IMG/VR virus record: IMGVR_UViG_3300032249_000542 | Span: 32,001 to 96,000 of that record | DNA: 64,000 nt | Source of the DNA: a virus | Reading direction: 5' to 3' (one strand) | Shown here: piece by piece, positions 46,620-56,800 of the stretch | Numbering within the stretch: the first letter of the stretch is position 1 | Layout of the letters: each line of letters starts with the position of its first letter | Made by a program: the position numbers and the translations under genes | Notes under the pieces: generated by a model | The model's database searches: none | What the model saw: the letters and a program-made list of their open reading frames with translations, nothing else | Told to the model about the DNA's origin: nothing

Positions 46620-49600
46620 ATGGCAACAATATCAACTTTCGCAGCATTTTCATCTAGAGGTTATGGAGCATTTACTTCAGGTAGATTAGTTCCTACAGGA
46701 GGTGACTTTGTTATTGACAATAATGGTGCAGGTAAACGTGTTCACGTATTCCTTGGTGGAGGAACTTTTACAGTACCAGCAGAAACACTACCCACAAATA
46801 GATTTGTTGATTTAGAAATTCTTGTTGTTGGTGGTGGTGGTCCTGCAGGATCATCTGATAGTGGAGGTGGCGGTGGTGGTGGAGGTGCTGTAATTTATGA
46901 TAGTGCATTTAGAATTCCTAAAGGACATTCACTTTCTGTTACAGTAGGTGGTGCGGGGCAAGTAAGTAAAGTAACAGGACTTCATGCTGCTCCTGGTGGT
47001 GGTACCGGTGGAACTTCTGATAGATATAGTAAAGGACAACCCGGTGGTTGTGGTGGTGGAGGATCGTGGCAAAACGCTGGTCCTAACGGAGGAGAGTATA
47101 CATTATCAAATCCTGGAGCAACTTGGGGAACATCTGGACCGGCCGCACCAGCGAATGTAACACCCGCATTTCCAACTCCTGCGATAGGACCAACATATGC
47201 TCCAGGTCTTACTGTTGACAGGACATTTAATGCAGGTTATCATAACAATCGTGGTAATGGTCAATACGGATGTTCATCTGCTACACCAGATTCATCAAAA
47301 GGAATTGCTGGATCAATAACTTCTCCAGCTCCAGGGACATCATATAGTCCAAAAGCATTCAGAATGCGTGGAGGAGGTGGTGCATCTTATGTTGGTGGAC
47401 TTGGAGGACAAGGAATACTAACAGATTTCCGCACCTTAGAAAATGGTACATATGAATTTATACTTGCTGGAGGACATGGTGATCTTCCAAACAATGGTGA
47501 CAGATCATGGAATTCCTTAAAACAAGTTGCTGGTGCTAAAGGATTAAGGGATTCTGGAGTTTATAATGGAACTTTTTATGATGCTGGTGATTCGTACATA
47601 TCATCACCATCACAAGTAAATTGGGAAACTGAATATGATAATCCAGTTCAAAGTTCTGTAGAAAATGCTCCTTCAGGTAGTGAAACGTATGGGTCGGGTG
47701 GAAGTAGAACTCATGAACAAGACGGAGGACGAGGTTTTCTTATTTTAAGATATCTTGATTCTGCGGTAACTAGTGCATCAGCAAATGTTTTTGGTGGAAA
47801 TATTTCAACTTCTGCAAACGGTCAGTACAGATATCATATCTGGTATGGTGATGAAACGAATGATGGTTCTTATAAAGGAACTAGTGCTAATTCACAAGGA
47901 TATATTGCGTTTAATGATGAAGGTAATTATAGAGCAAAGTATTTTAATAGTAATACTGAAGAAGCGTATTATACTGTAAAAGGTAAGGACGGACAACCAC
48001 GAGGTGCAAACACAACACCATTTTATTTCTATCAAGATGTTCCAGCATTTAGTGTGCAATATATGCTTGTGGGTGGCGGTGGTTCTATGGGGACAAGAGG
48101 AAACTCAGTTCATCCTGGAGGATTAAATTACTTAGTTGGAGGAGGGGGTTCTGGAGGAATTGCAATGGGATCCTTTACTACTCCATCTCAGGCACCTTCT
48201 TCATATAATATGCCAGAACTTCCATCATCATTAGCTAATAGTGCTAGTTTTGGTGACCAAATAACCGGTTCGTTTCAACATAGACTTGGGTATATTGAAG
48301 TACGTGCGAATAGTCTATTAACTACCAAATTATCAACAAGTAAATATCTTTCATCGTTAGATAATGATGTTAATGCATATCATAGACAGAGACAAGGAAC
48401 AATAAGAATTCGTGGAAGTGGTAACGAGTCAGCTAGATTGTTACAAAGATTACGCCGTGATACTATTGAAGGATATTTTGCGGATAATGGAAATAATGAT
48501 ACAGGTAAGCGTTACTTAGTTTACGCTTCAAATAATCCCGGAGATCCACAATCTGATGGATGGGGATCTTCTATTAATCTTAATGATGGTTATGAATCGT
48601 ATTTTTACACTAATTATACTAGAGTAAGAGCAGGACGTAAAGCACATATAATGCAAGATGGTAATGATAATAGTGGTCCAACAACTGATTACTCAGAAGG
48701 AAATCCTTCTTGGAACAATAACATAGAATTTGAGTTGGGAACTGGTTCTACCGCAGAAACATTTGTTGCAACACCAACAGGAACTCATCCACAGACTGGT
48801 GAGAGTTACTATAACGCACTAAGAATAACTAGAGCACTTCCAAGAATTTCTAGTGGTGGTGATGACCTTGGAACAAATCGTTATAGTCAATTTCATAGTG
48901 CAATATCAAACTTTAATAGTAGTTCTCCTGGGTGGGAAGTAAGAGATCCACCAATGCAGTCGGGATTGAATAATGTAGATAATCTTTATAATAGAAATTT
49001 TAATATGAATGTTGGTAGTGTTTTTGGTGGTGGAAGAACGCTACGTGGTTCATATGTTCTACAACAAGGTGAAAACACAGCAACTAGAAGATTTGAACAC
49101 ATTAACTGGGATGATGGAAACCACAATGTTTCTGTTGACGCTGGTTGGAAAATAGTTGATGTTAATGCTGGTACTGTCAACAGAATGACTTATACTACTG
49201 AATCCGAAGATACAGTTAGAACCCGTGTTGAAGTTTGGAGAAGGTCATTAAGAAAAATTTGGATAAGACATTTATTTGCGTTTGACACAAGTATCGGTAA
49301 TGGTGGTAAAGGTAATAAACAGCCATCAGCACGTAGACGTTCTGGTGGAACCACTAGTTTACATATGCAAAATGATGATAATCCATCTTATTCAGCTGGT
49401 GGAGGTGGTGCAGGAGGATGGCACACATATTCCAGCGAAGGAGAATCACCGGTTGATGCAGGTGGACCAGAAATAGCAACATCAGACAGAAGTCCTGGAA
49501 CTTATGCTGGAGCAGGTGTAGGAACCAGTCCAATGAATTGGGGAACATTAACTCCAGCAGGTTCTGGTGGTGGTGCTGCACATTCTATAAATGCTCTTAG

Positions 49601-50432
49601 TGAGAGTAGCAATCCAGTCCCTGGTGGTAGTGCTGGTCCTGGTGGAAGCACTTCAGAAACATTAGGAGCATATGCTTCTGGTGGTGGAGGAGGCGGTTCA
49701 ATTGCCGACAGAGATTCTACAGTTAAATTTGGAGGAGCTACAAGAGGTTTAATATTCTCTGGTGGACGAGACTCTAAAAGAAACGCAGGAAATAGTTCAA
49801 ATGGTCATGGTGGTCGTGGATGGTTTGGTAGCACAACCAACTGGCCAGGAACAGTCGGTGTACAAAATATTTCTGGAACAAACTATTATTATTATGTTGA
49901 TGTAAATCAATTTCCACACAATGCACAATTTGCTGCAGGTGGTGGAGGTGGTGCTAGCAATGCCGACGGTGGTGATGGATCTGGAACATCTGGTGGAACT
50001 GGTGGTAACGGAGCAGATGGTGTATCTTATTCATTAACTGGTTACGCTACAATTTATGGACATGGCGGTGGGGGAATGGGAAGATTTGTTAATGGAACTC
50101 CAGGAAGTGGACAACCAGCAGACCCATCAACACAAACTGTTCCTTCGGGAGCTCCTAGTGGTGCTCTATACTTACCTTATGGTGGTGGAGGTGGTTATTC
50201 TGCTGGCAGACAAGAAGGTGGAGGAGCAGGTGGTGGACCAACACAATATTATCCTGGAAGTGGACCTTGGCCAACTGCATATGATGTTTCATTTGGTACT
50301 GCACACATGGATTATATGCGTTATATTAATTCCAATGTCCCTGGTCCACAAAAAGGAGATTTTGGTACTGCATATTCTGGGAAACAAGGTGTAGTAATTA
50401 TTTCTTACGATAGAGCTCCTTACTTCAGTTAA
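46620..50432 (+). CDS. Large glycine-rich adhesin / receptor-binding protein
   Basis: Repeated VH.F...GTF / LVVGGGG...GGGGG / G.VII.Y glycine-rich modules. Confidence 0.7.
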   Translation: MATISTFAAFSSRGYGAFTSGRLVPTGGDFVIDNNGAGKRVHVFLGGGTFTVPAETLPTNRFVDLEILVVGGGGPAGSSDSGGGGGGGGAVIYDSAFRIPKGHSLSVTVGGAGQVSKVTGLHAAPGGGTGGTSDRYSKGQPGGCGGGGSWQNAGPNGGEYTLSNPGATWGTSGPAAPANVTPAFPTPAIGPTYAPGLTVDRTFNAGYHNNRGNGQYGCSSATPDSSKGIAGSITSPAPGTSYSPKAFRMRGGGGASYVGGLGGQGILTDFRTLENGTYEFILAGGHGDLPNNGDRSWNSLKQVAGAKGLRDSGVYNGTFYDAGDSYISSPSQVNWETEYDNPVQSSVENAPSGSETYGSGGSRTHEQDGGRGFLILRYLDSAVTSASANVFGGNISTSANGQYRYHIWYGDETNDGSYKGTSANSQGYIAFNDEGNYRAKYFNSNTEEAYYTVKGKDGQPRGANTTPFYFYQDVPAFSVQYMLVGGGGSMGTRGNSVHPGGLNYLVGGGGSGGIAMGSFTTPSQAPSSYNMPELPSSLANSASFGDQITGSFQHRLGYIEVRANSLLTTKLSTSKYLSSLDNDVNAYHRQRQGTIRIRGSGNESARLLQRLRRDTIEGYFADNGNNDTGKRYLVYASNNPGDPQSDGWGSSINLNDGYESYFYTNYTRVRAGRKAHIMQDGNDNSGPTTDYSEGNPSWNNNIEFELGTGSTAETFVATPTGTHPQTGESYYNALRITRALPRISSGGDDLGTNRYSQFHSAISNFNSSSPGWEVRDPPMQSGLNNVDNLYNRNFNMNVGSVFGGGRTLRGSYVLQQGENTATRRFEHINWDDGNHNVSVDAGWKIVDVNAGTVNRMTYTTESEDTVRTRVEVWRRSLRKIWIRHLFAFDTSIGNGGKGNKQPSARRRSGGTTSLHMQNDDNPSYSAGGGGAGGWHTYSSEGESPVDAGGPEIATSDRSPGTYAGAGVGTSPMNWGTLTPAGSGGGAAHSINALSESSNPVPGGSAGPGGSTSETLGAYASGGGGGGSIADRDSTVKFGGATRGLIFSGGRDSKRNAGNSSNGHGGRGWFGSTTNWPGTVGVQNISGTNYYYYVDVNQFPHNAQFAAGGGGGASNADGGDGSGTSGGTGGNGADGVSYSLTGYATIYGHGGGGMGRFVNGTPGSGQPADPSTQTVPSGAPSGALYLPYGGGGGYSAGRQEGGGAGGGPTQYYPGSGPWPTAYDVSFGTAHMDYMRYINSNVPGPQKGDFGTAYSGKQGVVIISYDRAPYFS

Positions 50433-50435
50433 TAC

Positions 50436-50482
50436 CTTTCTCCCGTTTCAGTTTGACTAAATAGACAATAATCGGGAGAAAG
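50436..50482 (+). promoter_or_regulatory. SD-sequestering hairpin with a late promoter in its loop
   Basis: CTTTCTCCCG 50436-50445 pairs with CGGGAGAAAG 50473-50482; CTAAATA at 50457-50463. Confidence 0.65.
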
Positions 50483-50483
50483 T

Positions 50484-50816
50484 ATGGCAGACTTCGTTGA
50501 ACTCACATTAGAAAAAGGCGCTACGTTTAGTAGTACAATTACAGTTAAAGATGACCAAGGATTGGAACAAAATTTAACTGGATACATCGCACGTTCGCAA
50601 ATGCGTAAATCGTATTATGCGAATTCAAAACATGATTTTACTGTTACAGTTACAGCACCATCAATTGGATTAATTACCATGGGAATGACTGCTGCAAATA
50701 CTTCTAACATATCTCCTGGTCGTTACGTGTATGACGTTGAAATAGAAAATAACTCTGGTGATGTTACAAGAATATTTGAAGGAATCGTAACCGTTCTACC
50801 GAATGTTACCAGATAA
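50484..50816 (+). CDS. Virion structural / fibre connector protein
   Basis: GATF, NLTGY.ARSQMRKSY, GRYVYDVE, RIFEG.VTV.P.VTR. Confidence 0.7.
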   Translation: MADFVELTLEKGATFSSTITVKDDQGLEQNLTGYIARSQMRKSYYANSKHDFTVTVTAPSIGLITMGMTAANTSNISPGRYVYDVEIENNSGDVTRIFEGIVTVLPNVTR

Positions 50817-51020
50817 ATGGCTAATTATACAGTACAGATAAAACCGAATAAAACTGCGGTTACTTCGGTTCAAATTGCAAAAACTCCAGCGATATATCTT
50901 TCACAGATTGCAGACGTTGACGCCGGTGATCCAGATAATGGAGAAGTCTTAGTGTACGATTCCGTAACGCAAAGATACGTCATTCAAGCAATACCAGTCA
51001 TTAGAGGAGGGACATTCTAA
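50817..51020 (+). CDS. Small virion protein
   Basis: L..IADVD...GEVLVYD...GGTF. Confidence 0.6.
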   Translation: MANYTVQIKPNKTAVTSVQIAKTPAIYLSQIADVDAGDPDNGEVLVYDSVTQRYVIQAIPVIRGGTF

Positions 51021-53545
51021 TGGCTCTTGGTAATACAACAATACAAATAAAATATTCTACAGCAAATGGTAGACCAGCATCTTTAAATGTTGGCGAACTT
51101 GCTTATTCGTTTGCATCAAATACATTATTCATTGGTACGTCATCAAGCACTACTCTCAATATTGGTGGTCATACGATTGCAAACGTAGTTGAGAATAGAA
51201 CTTCTTTAGCATTACCAAATACTTTAGTTTTTCGTGACCAGTTTGGTAATTTTACTGCAAACGGAATTAATGCTCCTATACTTGGAAACGCAAATACTGC
51301 CACTAGGTTTGAAGTCCCAAGATATATTAATATCTCTGGTGACGTAGGAAATACAAGTAATCTATATGATGGTAGTTCAAATGCAGACATCATTCTAAAA
51401 CTAGATGATACTGGAATTGCTGCTGGAACGTATGGTGGAAATCGTACAGTACCAGTTATTAAATACTACGCAAATGGTATATCATACTTTGCTGGAAACG
51501 TAGCCGTAGATACAACTTTATCATTTGCCGGAGATTTTGGTACTGCAAATTTAGAGACTCGTACTGATACTCTTACGTTTGGTGGTGGTGATGGTATCAT
51601 TACACATGCACATGATTCAAATAATGTTGTAGATATTTTTGTTGATGAAACCGTTGTTAAGACAGATAGAACAGACCAAATAATTCAAGGTAATATTGTT
51701 ATTACTGGTAACTTGAATGTTCAAGGTAACACGTTATACACTCAAACTGAAACAGTATTAATTGAAGATAATATCATCACACTTAATGCGGCGATTGGTC
51801 AGGCATCACTTCCGATTAGAGATGCTGGTATTGAAATTGACCGTGGGTCATTACCAAACTCTCAGATTATTTGGAATGAGACAGTTGATCGTTGGACATA
51901 TACGCATGATGGGTCTATATATTACAACATTGGTTCTGTACAAAATGCATTTGTAACATTTACTGCAAATGGAACACCAGTAACTCCACAAAGTAATAAT
52001 GACACATTAACTATTAACGGTCTAAGTGGTATTCTTATTACCGCTAATGATAGTTCAAATACTATCAACATTGGTTTAACAGAACTTGCACAAGGTAACT
52101 CAGGATCACAATTATATGTTGCACCAAATGGTGACGATTCATATGATGGTTATGCAATCTCACGTCCTAAGAGAACAGTTCGTGCTGCTGTAAATGCGGC
52201 ACGCCCTGGAACAAGAATATTCATTGCTTCAGGAATATATGAAGAAGTTACACCAATCATTGTTCCACAAAGAGTTGAAGTTTCTGGTGATGGTGAGCGT
52301 TCAACAATTATTAGACCGGTCGATCCAACAAAAGATATATTCTGGTTGAACAATAATTGTTTGATTACCAACATGGGGTTTGAGAATTACACAGCATCAG
52401 CATGTGCGTTTCCTGAACTTACAATTCGTTCCGCAACTGCACAGGGTGGAACTGCAAACACAATAACACTTGATTCCAGTTCTGATTCATTGACAAGTTA
52501 TTACAATGAAATGCAAATTGAAATTCTTTCTGGAACTGGTTCAGGACAAACCAAAACAATATCTGCATATGACGGTTCTACTAAAATTGCAACAGTAGAT
52601 TCTGCTTGGTCAGTTATTCCTAACAGCACTTCTGTATTTAAAGTTTCTATTCCTAGAAGGTCAACTCCTGCAGCAAATACTGCACGTTGGACAACCTTTA
52701 TTACTGCATCACCATACGTTTATGTTTGTTCATCAAGAACAACAACTGGTACCGGACTAAAAGTAGATGGTGCTCGTGCAACTGGTAATAAGAGTATGGT
52801 GTCTGCACAGTTCACTCAAGTTAATACTGGAGGAATTGGATTCCATGTATTGAATGATGGTTACGCACAGTTAGTTTCTATGTTTAGTATTTTTTGTGAT
52901 ACTGGATTCTTAGCAGAGAGTGGTGGTACTGCATCAATGGGTAACTGTAACGTCAACTTTGGTAATCGTGGATTAAAATCAAATGGTCGTGGTGCATTAA
53001 TAATGACTGGAACATTGAGCGCTAATGGTATTTTTAACGACTTTACACTCAATCTAAATAACATAACAGTTAATACAGATCCATACATGAGTGTTTCTGC
53101 AAACGTACCTTATGTTGGTTTGATTGGTTACGTTGATGGTGACGCATCGGATACATATTATTATGTTACATCATCTACTGTTCCATCTAGTGGAAATACA
53201 TTAACAACAATAAAAAATTCATTAGACAATACTTTTATTTCTGGAACAACAATTAGATTTTATCAACAGTCTCAGCTTCGTGCATCAGGTCAGACGTTTG
53301 AATTTGTTGGTGCTGGAACATCATTATCAACTGCACTACCGAGAAATGGCGGGATACCAAATAGTGAAGCACAAATTGTAAGATCAAATGGCGGTGCGGT
53401 ATTCTGTACTTCAACAAATGAAAGCGGAGATTTTCAAGTGTCTGATTTAATTATCGAACAAACTACTGGTACTATATCAGGTAGAACATTCAGTAAAAGT
53501 TTATATGCAGAACTGACTCCGTTTATTCTAGCATTGGAAGGCTAA
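51020..53545 (+). CDS. Tail fibre / spike with putative pectin-lyase-like beta-helix
   Basis: TIQIK...P.SL..GELAY N-terminus; LYVAPNGDDS.DG...PKRTVRAA, IFIASG.YEE, SMVSAQFTQ. Confidence 0.7.
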   Translation: MALGNTTIQIKYSTANGRPASLNVGELAYSFASNTLFIGTSSSTTLNIGGHTIANVVENRTSLALPNTLVFRDQFGNFTANGINAPILGNANTATRFEVPRYINISGDVGNTSNLYDGSSNADIILKLDDTGIAAGTYGGNRTVPVIKYYANGISYFAGNVAVDTTLSFAGDFGTANLETRTDTLTFGGGDGIITHAHDSNNVVDIFVDETVVKTDRTDQIIQGNIVITGNLNVQGNTLYTQTETVLIEDNIITLNAAIGQASLPIRDAGIEIDRGSLPNSQIIWNETVDRWTYTHDGSIYYNIGSVQNAFVTFTANGTPVTPQSNNDTLTINGLSGILITANDSSNTINIGLTELAQGNSGSQLYVAPNGDDSYDGYAISRPKRTVRAAVNAARPGTRIFIASGIYEEVTPIIVPQRVEVSGDGERSTIIRPVDPTKDIFWLNNNCLITNMGFENYTASACAFPELTIRSATAQGGTANTITLDSSSDSLTSYYNEMQIEILSGTGSGQTKTISAYDGSTKIATVDSAWSVIPNSTSVFKVSIPRRSTPAANTARWTTFITASPYVYVCSSRTTTGTGLKVDGARATGNKSMVSAQFTQVNTGGIGFHVLNDGYAQLVSMFSIFCDTGFLAESGGTASMGNCNVNFGNRGLKSNGRGALIMTGTLSANGIFNDFTLNLNNITVNTDPYMSVSANVPYVGLIGYVDGDASDTYYYVTSSTVPSSGNTLTTIKNSLDNTFISGTTIRFYQQSQLRASGQTFEFVGAGTSLSTALPRNGGIPNSEAQIVRSNGGAVFCTSTNESGDFQVSDLIIEQTTGTISGRTFSKSLYAELTPFILALEG

Positions 53546-53547
53546 AA

Positions 53548-53886
53548 ATGGCAAGTGCAATTCCATTAAATTCGTTTAAAACTATAATTTCAAATGTTAC
53601 TAATGCAGCGAATACTGTATATACAGCTCCTATCGGAGTTACAACAGTAGTTCTATTAGCACAAGTTTCTAATATTGATACTTCAACAGTTACCGTAACA
53701 GCATCGCATCGTCGTGGTGCGAATACAACACGCTTGATTGCAAACGTAAAGATTCCTATTCAAGATGCTGGAAGCTTGTTGACTGGCAAACTTGTTTTAG
53801 AAGCTGGAGATGGTTTCTCTATCCAAGCAGATAGAATAAATGCTGCTGAACTAACATTATCAATACTAGAAACTGCTAATGCGTAA
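53548..53886 (+). CDS. Small beta-sandwich virion adaptor protein
   Basis: VYTAP.G...VLLAQVSN, GKLVLEAGD, LSILET; paralogous to 43385..43717. Confidence 0.6.
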   Translation: MASAIPLNSFKTIISNVTNAANTVYTAPIGVTTVVLLAQVSNIDTSTVTVTASHRRGANTTRLIANVKIPIQDAGSLLTGKLVLEAGDGFSIQADRINAAELTLSILETANA

Positions 53887-56800
53887 TAAACAGATACTAT
53901 TAAGTGGTAGAGCAGTAACGACGAATGCCGCAAATGTAGCGGCAGATCGTTACTCGTTTCTAAATCTTAGTGATGCAGAACCAAATCTTGGAGTAGCAAG
54001 TGCTAACGACTATGTTTTAGTCTACAATACACATGCAAATACTTCTGGTAATAGACTTTGGTCTAAGAGTCTTATTACATCATACGACCATGCTAACTCT
54101 GCATATAGTTCACAGAATACAACTGGAGTGTATTCCAATGCTGCATATGCACAAGCAAACTCTGCATCCCTGTATGCTAATGGTGCTTTCGTACAAGCGA
54201 ATGCTGCATACGGTTCACAAAATACTACAGGTACGTATGCAAATGCTGCTTTCTTAAAAGCAAACTCTGCATATGCATCTCAAAACGTAACTGGCACTTA
54301 TGCTAATGCTGCGTATGCACAGGCAAACTCAGCTTCCTTATATGCAAATGGTGCATTTGTTCAAGCTAATGCTGCATACGGAAGTCAGAACACAACCGGC
54401 ACTTATGCTAACGCTGCATACGCACAAGCCAATTCTGCATCGTTATATGCGAACGGTGCGTTCATTCAAGCAAACGCTGCATACGGTTCGCAAAACGTAA
54501 CAGGAACTTATGCGAACAATGCTTATGTACGTGCAAACAATTCGTTAAATGCAAACGTAGGTGGCACGGTTACAGGTAACGTAACTATTGTTGGTAACCT
54601 AGTTTCTAACACATTGACTACAACTGGTAGTGGTGGAAACATTACTGGTGCCAATGCGATATTCGCAAACTATGTTTTTGCCAATAACATTGATTTACAA
54701 TTACTGGCAAACGCTGCGTATGCACAAGCAAACTCTGCAAGTCTCTACGCAAATGGAGCATTTGTTCAGGCTAATGCTGCGTATGGTTCACAGAATACAA
54801 CAGGAACATATGCTAATGCATCATTCCTAAAAGCGAACTCTGCATATGAAAGTCAGAACACGACTGGTGTTTACGCTAATGCTGCATATGCACAAGCAAA
54901 CTCTGCAAGTCTTTATGCTAATGGTGCGTTTGTACAAGCGAACGCTGCATATAATTCTCAAAACACGACTGGAGTTTATGCAAACTCTGCTTTCTTACAA
55001 GCAAACTCTGCATACGCACAAGCGAACTCGGCATCCTTGTATGCCAACGGTGCGTTTATACAAGCAAATGCTGCATACAATAGTCAGAATGTAACTGGTA
55101 CATATGCGAACAATGCATATGACCAAGCAAATTCCGCAGCATCATATGCTAACTCTGCATTTGTAAAAGCGAATAGTGCATACGCAAGTCAGAACACAAC
55201 TGGTGTTTATGCAAACGCAGCATACGCACAAGCGAATAGCGCAAGTTTATATGCCAATGGTGCATTTGTTCAAGCGAATGCTGCATATGGTTCACAGAAT
55301 ACTACTGGTGTTTATGCGAACTCTGCATATGCATCTCAGAATGTAACTGGAACGTATGCTAATAATGCATACGTTCGTGCAAACAATTCTCTTAATGCAA
55401 ATGTAGGTGGTACTGTTACTGGTAGTGTTAATGTTACTGGAGACTTGGCTGTTTCTGGAAACCTTTATATTTTAGGTAATGTAACCACTATCGGAGCAGA
55501 CTCTTTATCAATTGAAGATCCAATAATATTGTTAGCCAATAATAATATTACGGATGTTGTTGATATAGGTTTTGTATCTCATTACAGTAATAATCCAGTA
55601 AGACATGCTGGATTAATTAGACATTATGTTGATAAAGAGTGGTATCTTTTTGATGGGTATATTCCTCATATTCAAGATACAAATTTATTAGATTTAAGTA
55701 ATACAAGTTTAGTTATTTCAACTTTGAATGCAAACTTATCTGCAAATCTAATAACACTAAGAGGTATAGAACTAGGTTACTATGCAAACGCAGCATTCTT
55801 GCAAGCCAATACTGCATATGCATCTCAAAACGTAACAGGAACATATGCTAACTCTGCATATACACAAGCTAACTCTGCAAGTCTTTATGCCAACGGTGCA
55901 TTCGTCCAAGCAAACGCTGCATACACATCTCAGAATGTAACTGGTACCTATGCGAACAATGCATACGATCAAGCAAACTCTGCAGCATCATATGCTAACT
56001 CTGCATTTGTAAAAGCAAACTCTGCGTATGCAAGTCAGAATGTAACTGGCACATATGCTAACAATGCATACCTACATGCAAACTCTGGTTTTATTCATGC
56101 GAATTCTGCGTTTGAAACGATAAACAATTTTTCAGTAGTTGCTAATACTACTAATACAACCGTAATTGCAGTAAACGATCATGCGAATGGTGCTTTCTTA
56201 AAAGCAAACTCTGCATATGCAAGTCAGAATGTAACTGGAACATATGCCAACGCTGCATATGCACAAGCGAACTCTGCGGCACTATATGCCAACGGTGCGT
56301 TCATACAAGCGAATGCTGCATTTGAAGTTGCAAATTCTGCTGCACAATCAACATATGCAAACGCAGCTTTCCTAAAAGCAAACTCCGCATACGATAGTCA
56401 GAATGTAACTGGCACATATGCAAACAATGCTTATGCACAAGCGAATAGTGCAAGTCTGTATGCGAACGGTGCGTTTATACAATCCAATGCTGCCTATACA
56501 TCTCAGAACGTAACTGGAACTTATGCAAACAACGCATATGCACAAGCGAACTCTGCTGCGACATATGCTAACGGCGCTTTCATTGTTGCAAATACACCAT
56601 CACATGTTGCGAACTCAGCTGCACTTTATGCTAACGGTGCATTCATACAAGCGAATGCTGTATTTAATGTTGCGAACTCTGCAGCACTTTATGCTAACGG
56701 TTCTTTCATACAATCAAACGCTGCATACAGTTCACAGAACACGACTGGTGTTTATGCTAATGCTGCGTATGCACAAGCGAACTCTGGTGCGTTATATGCC

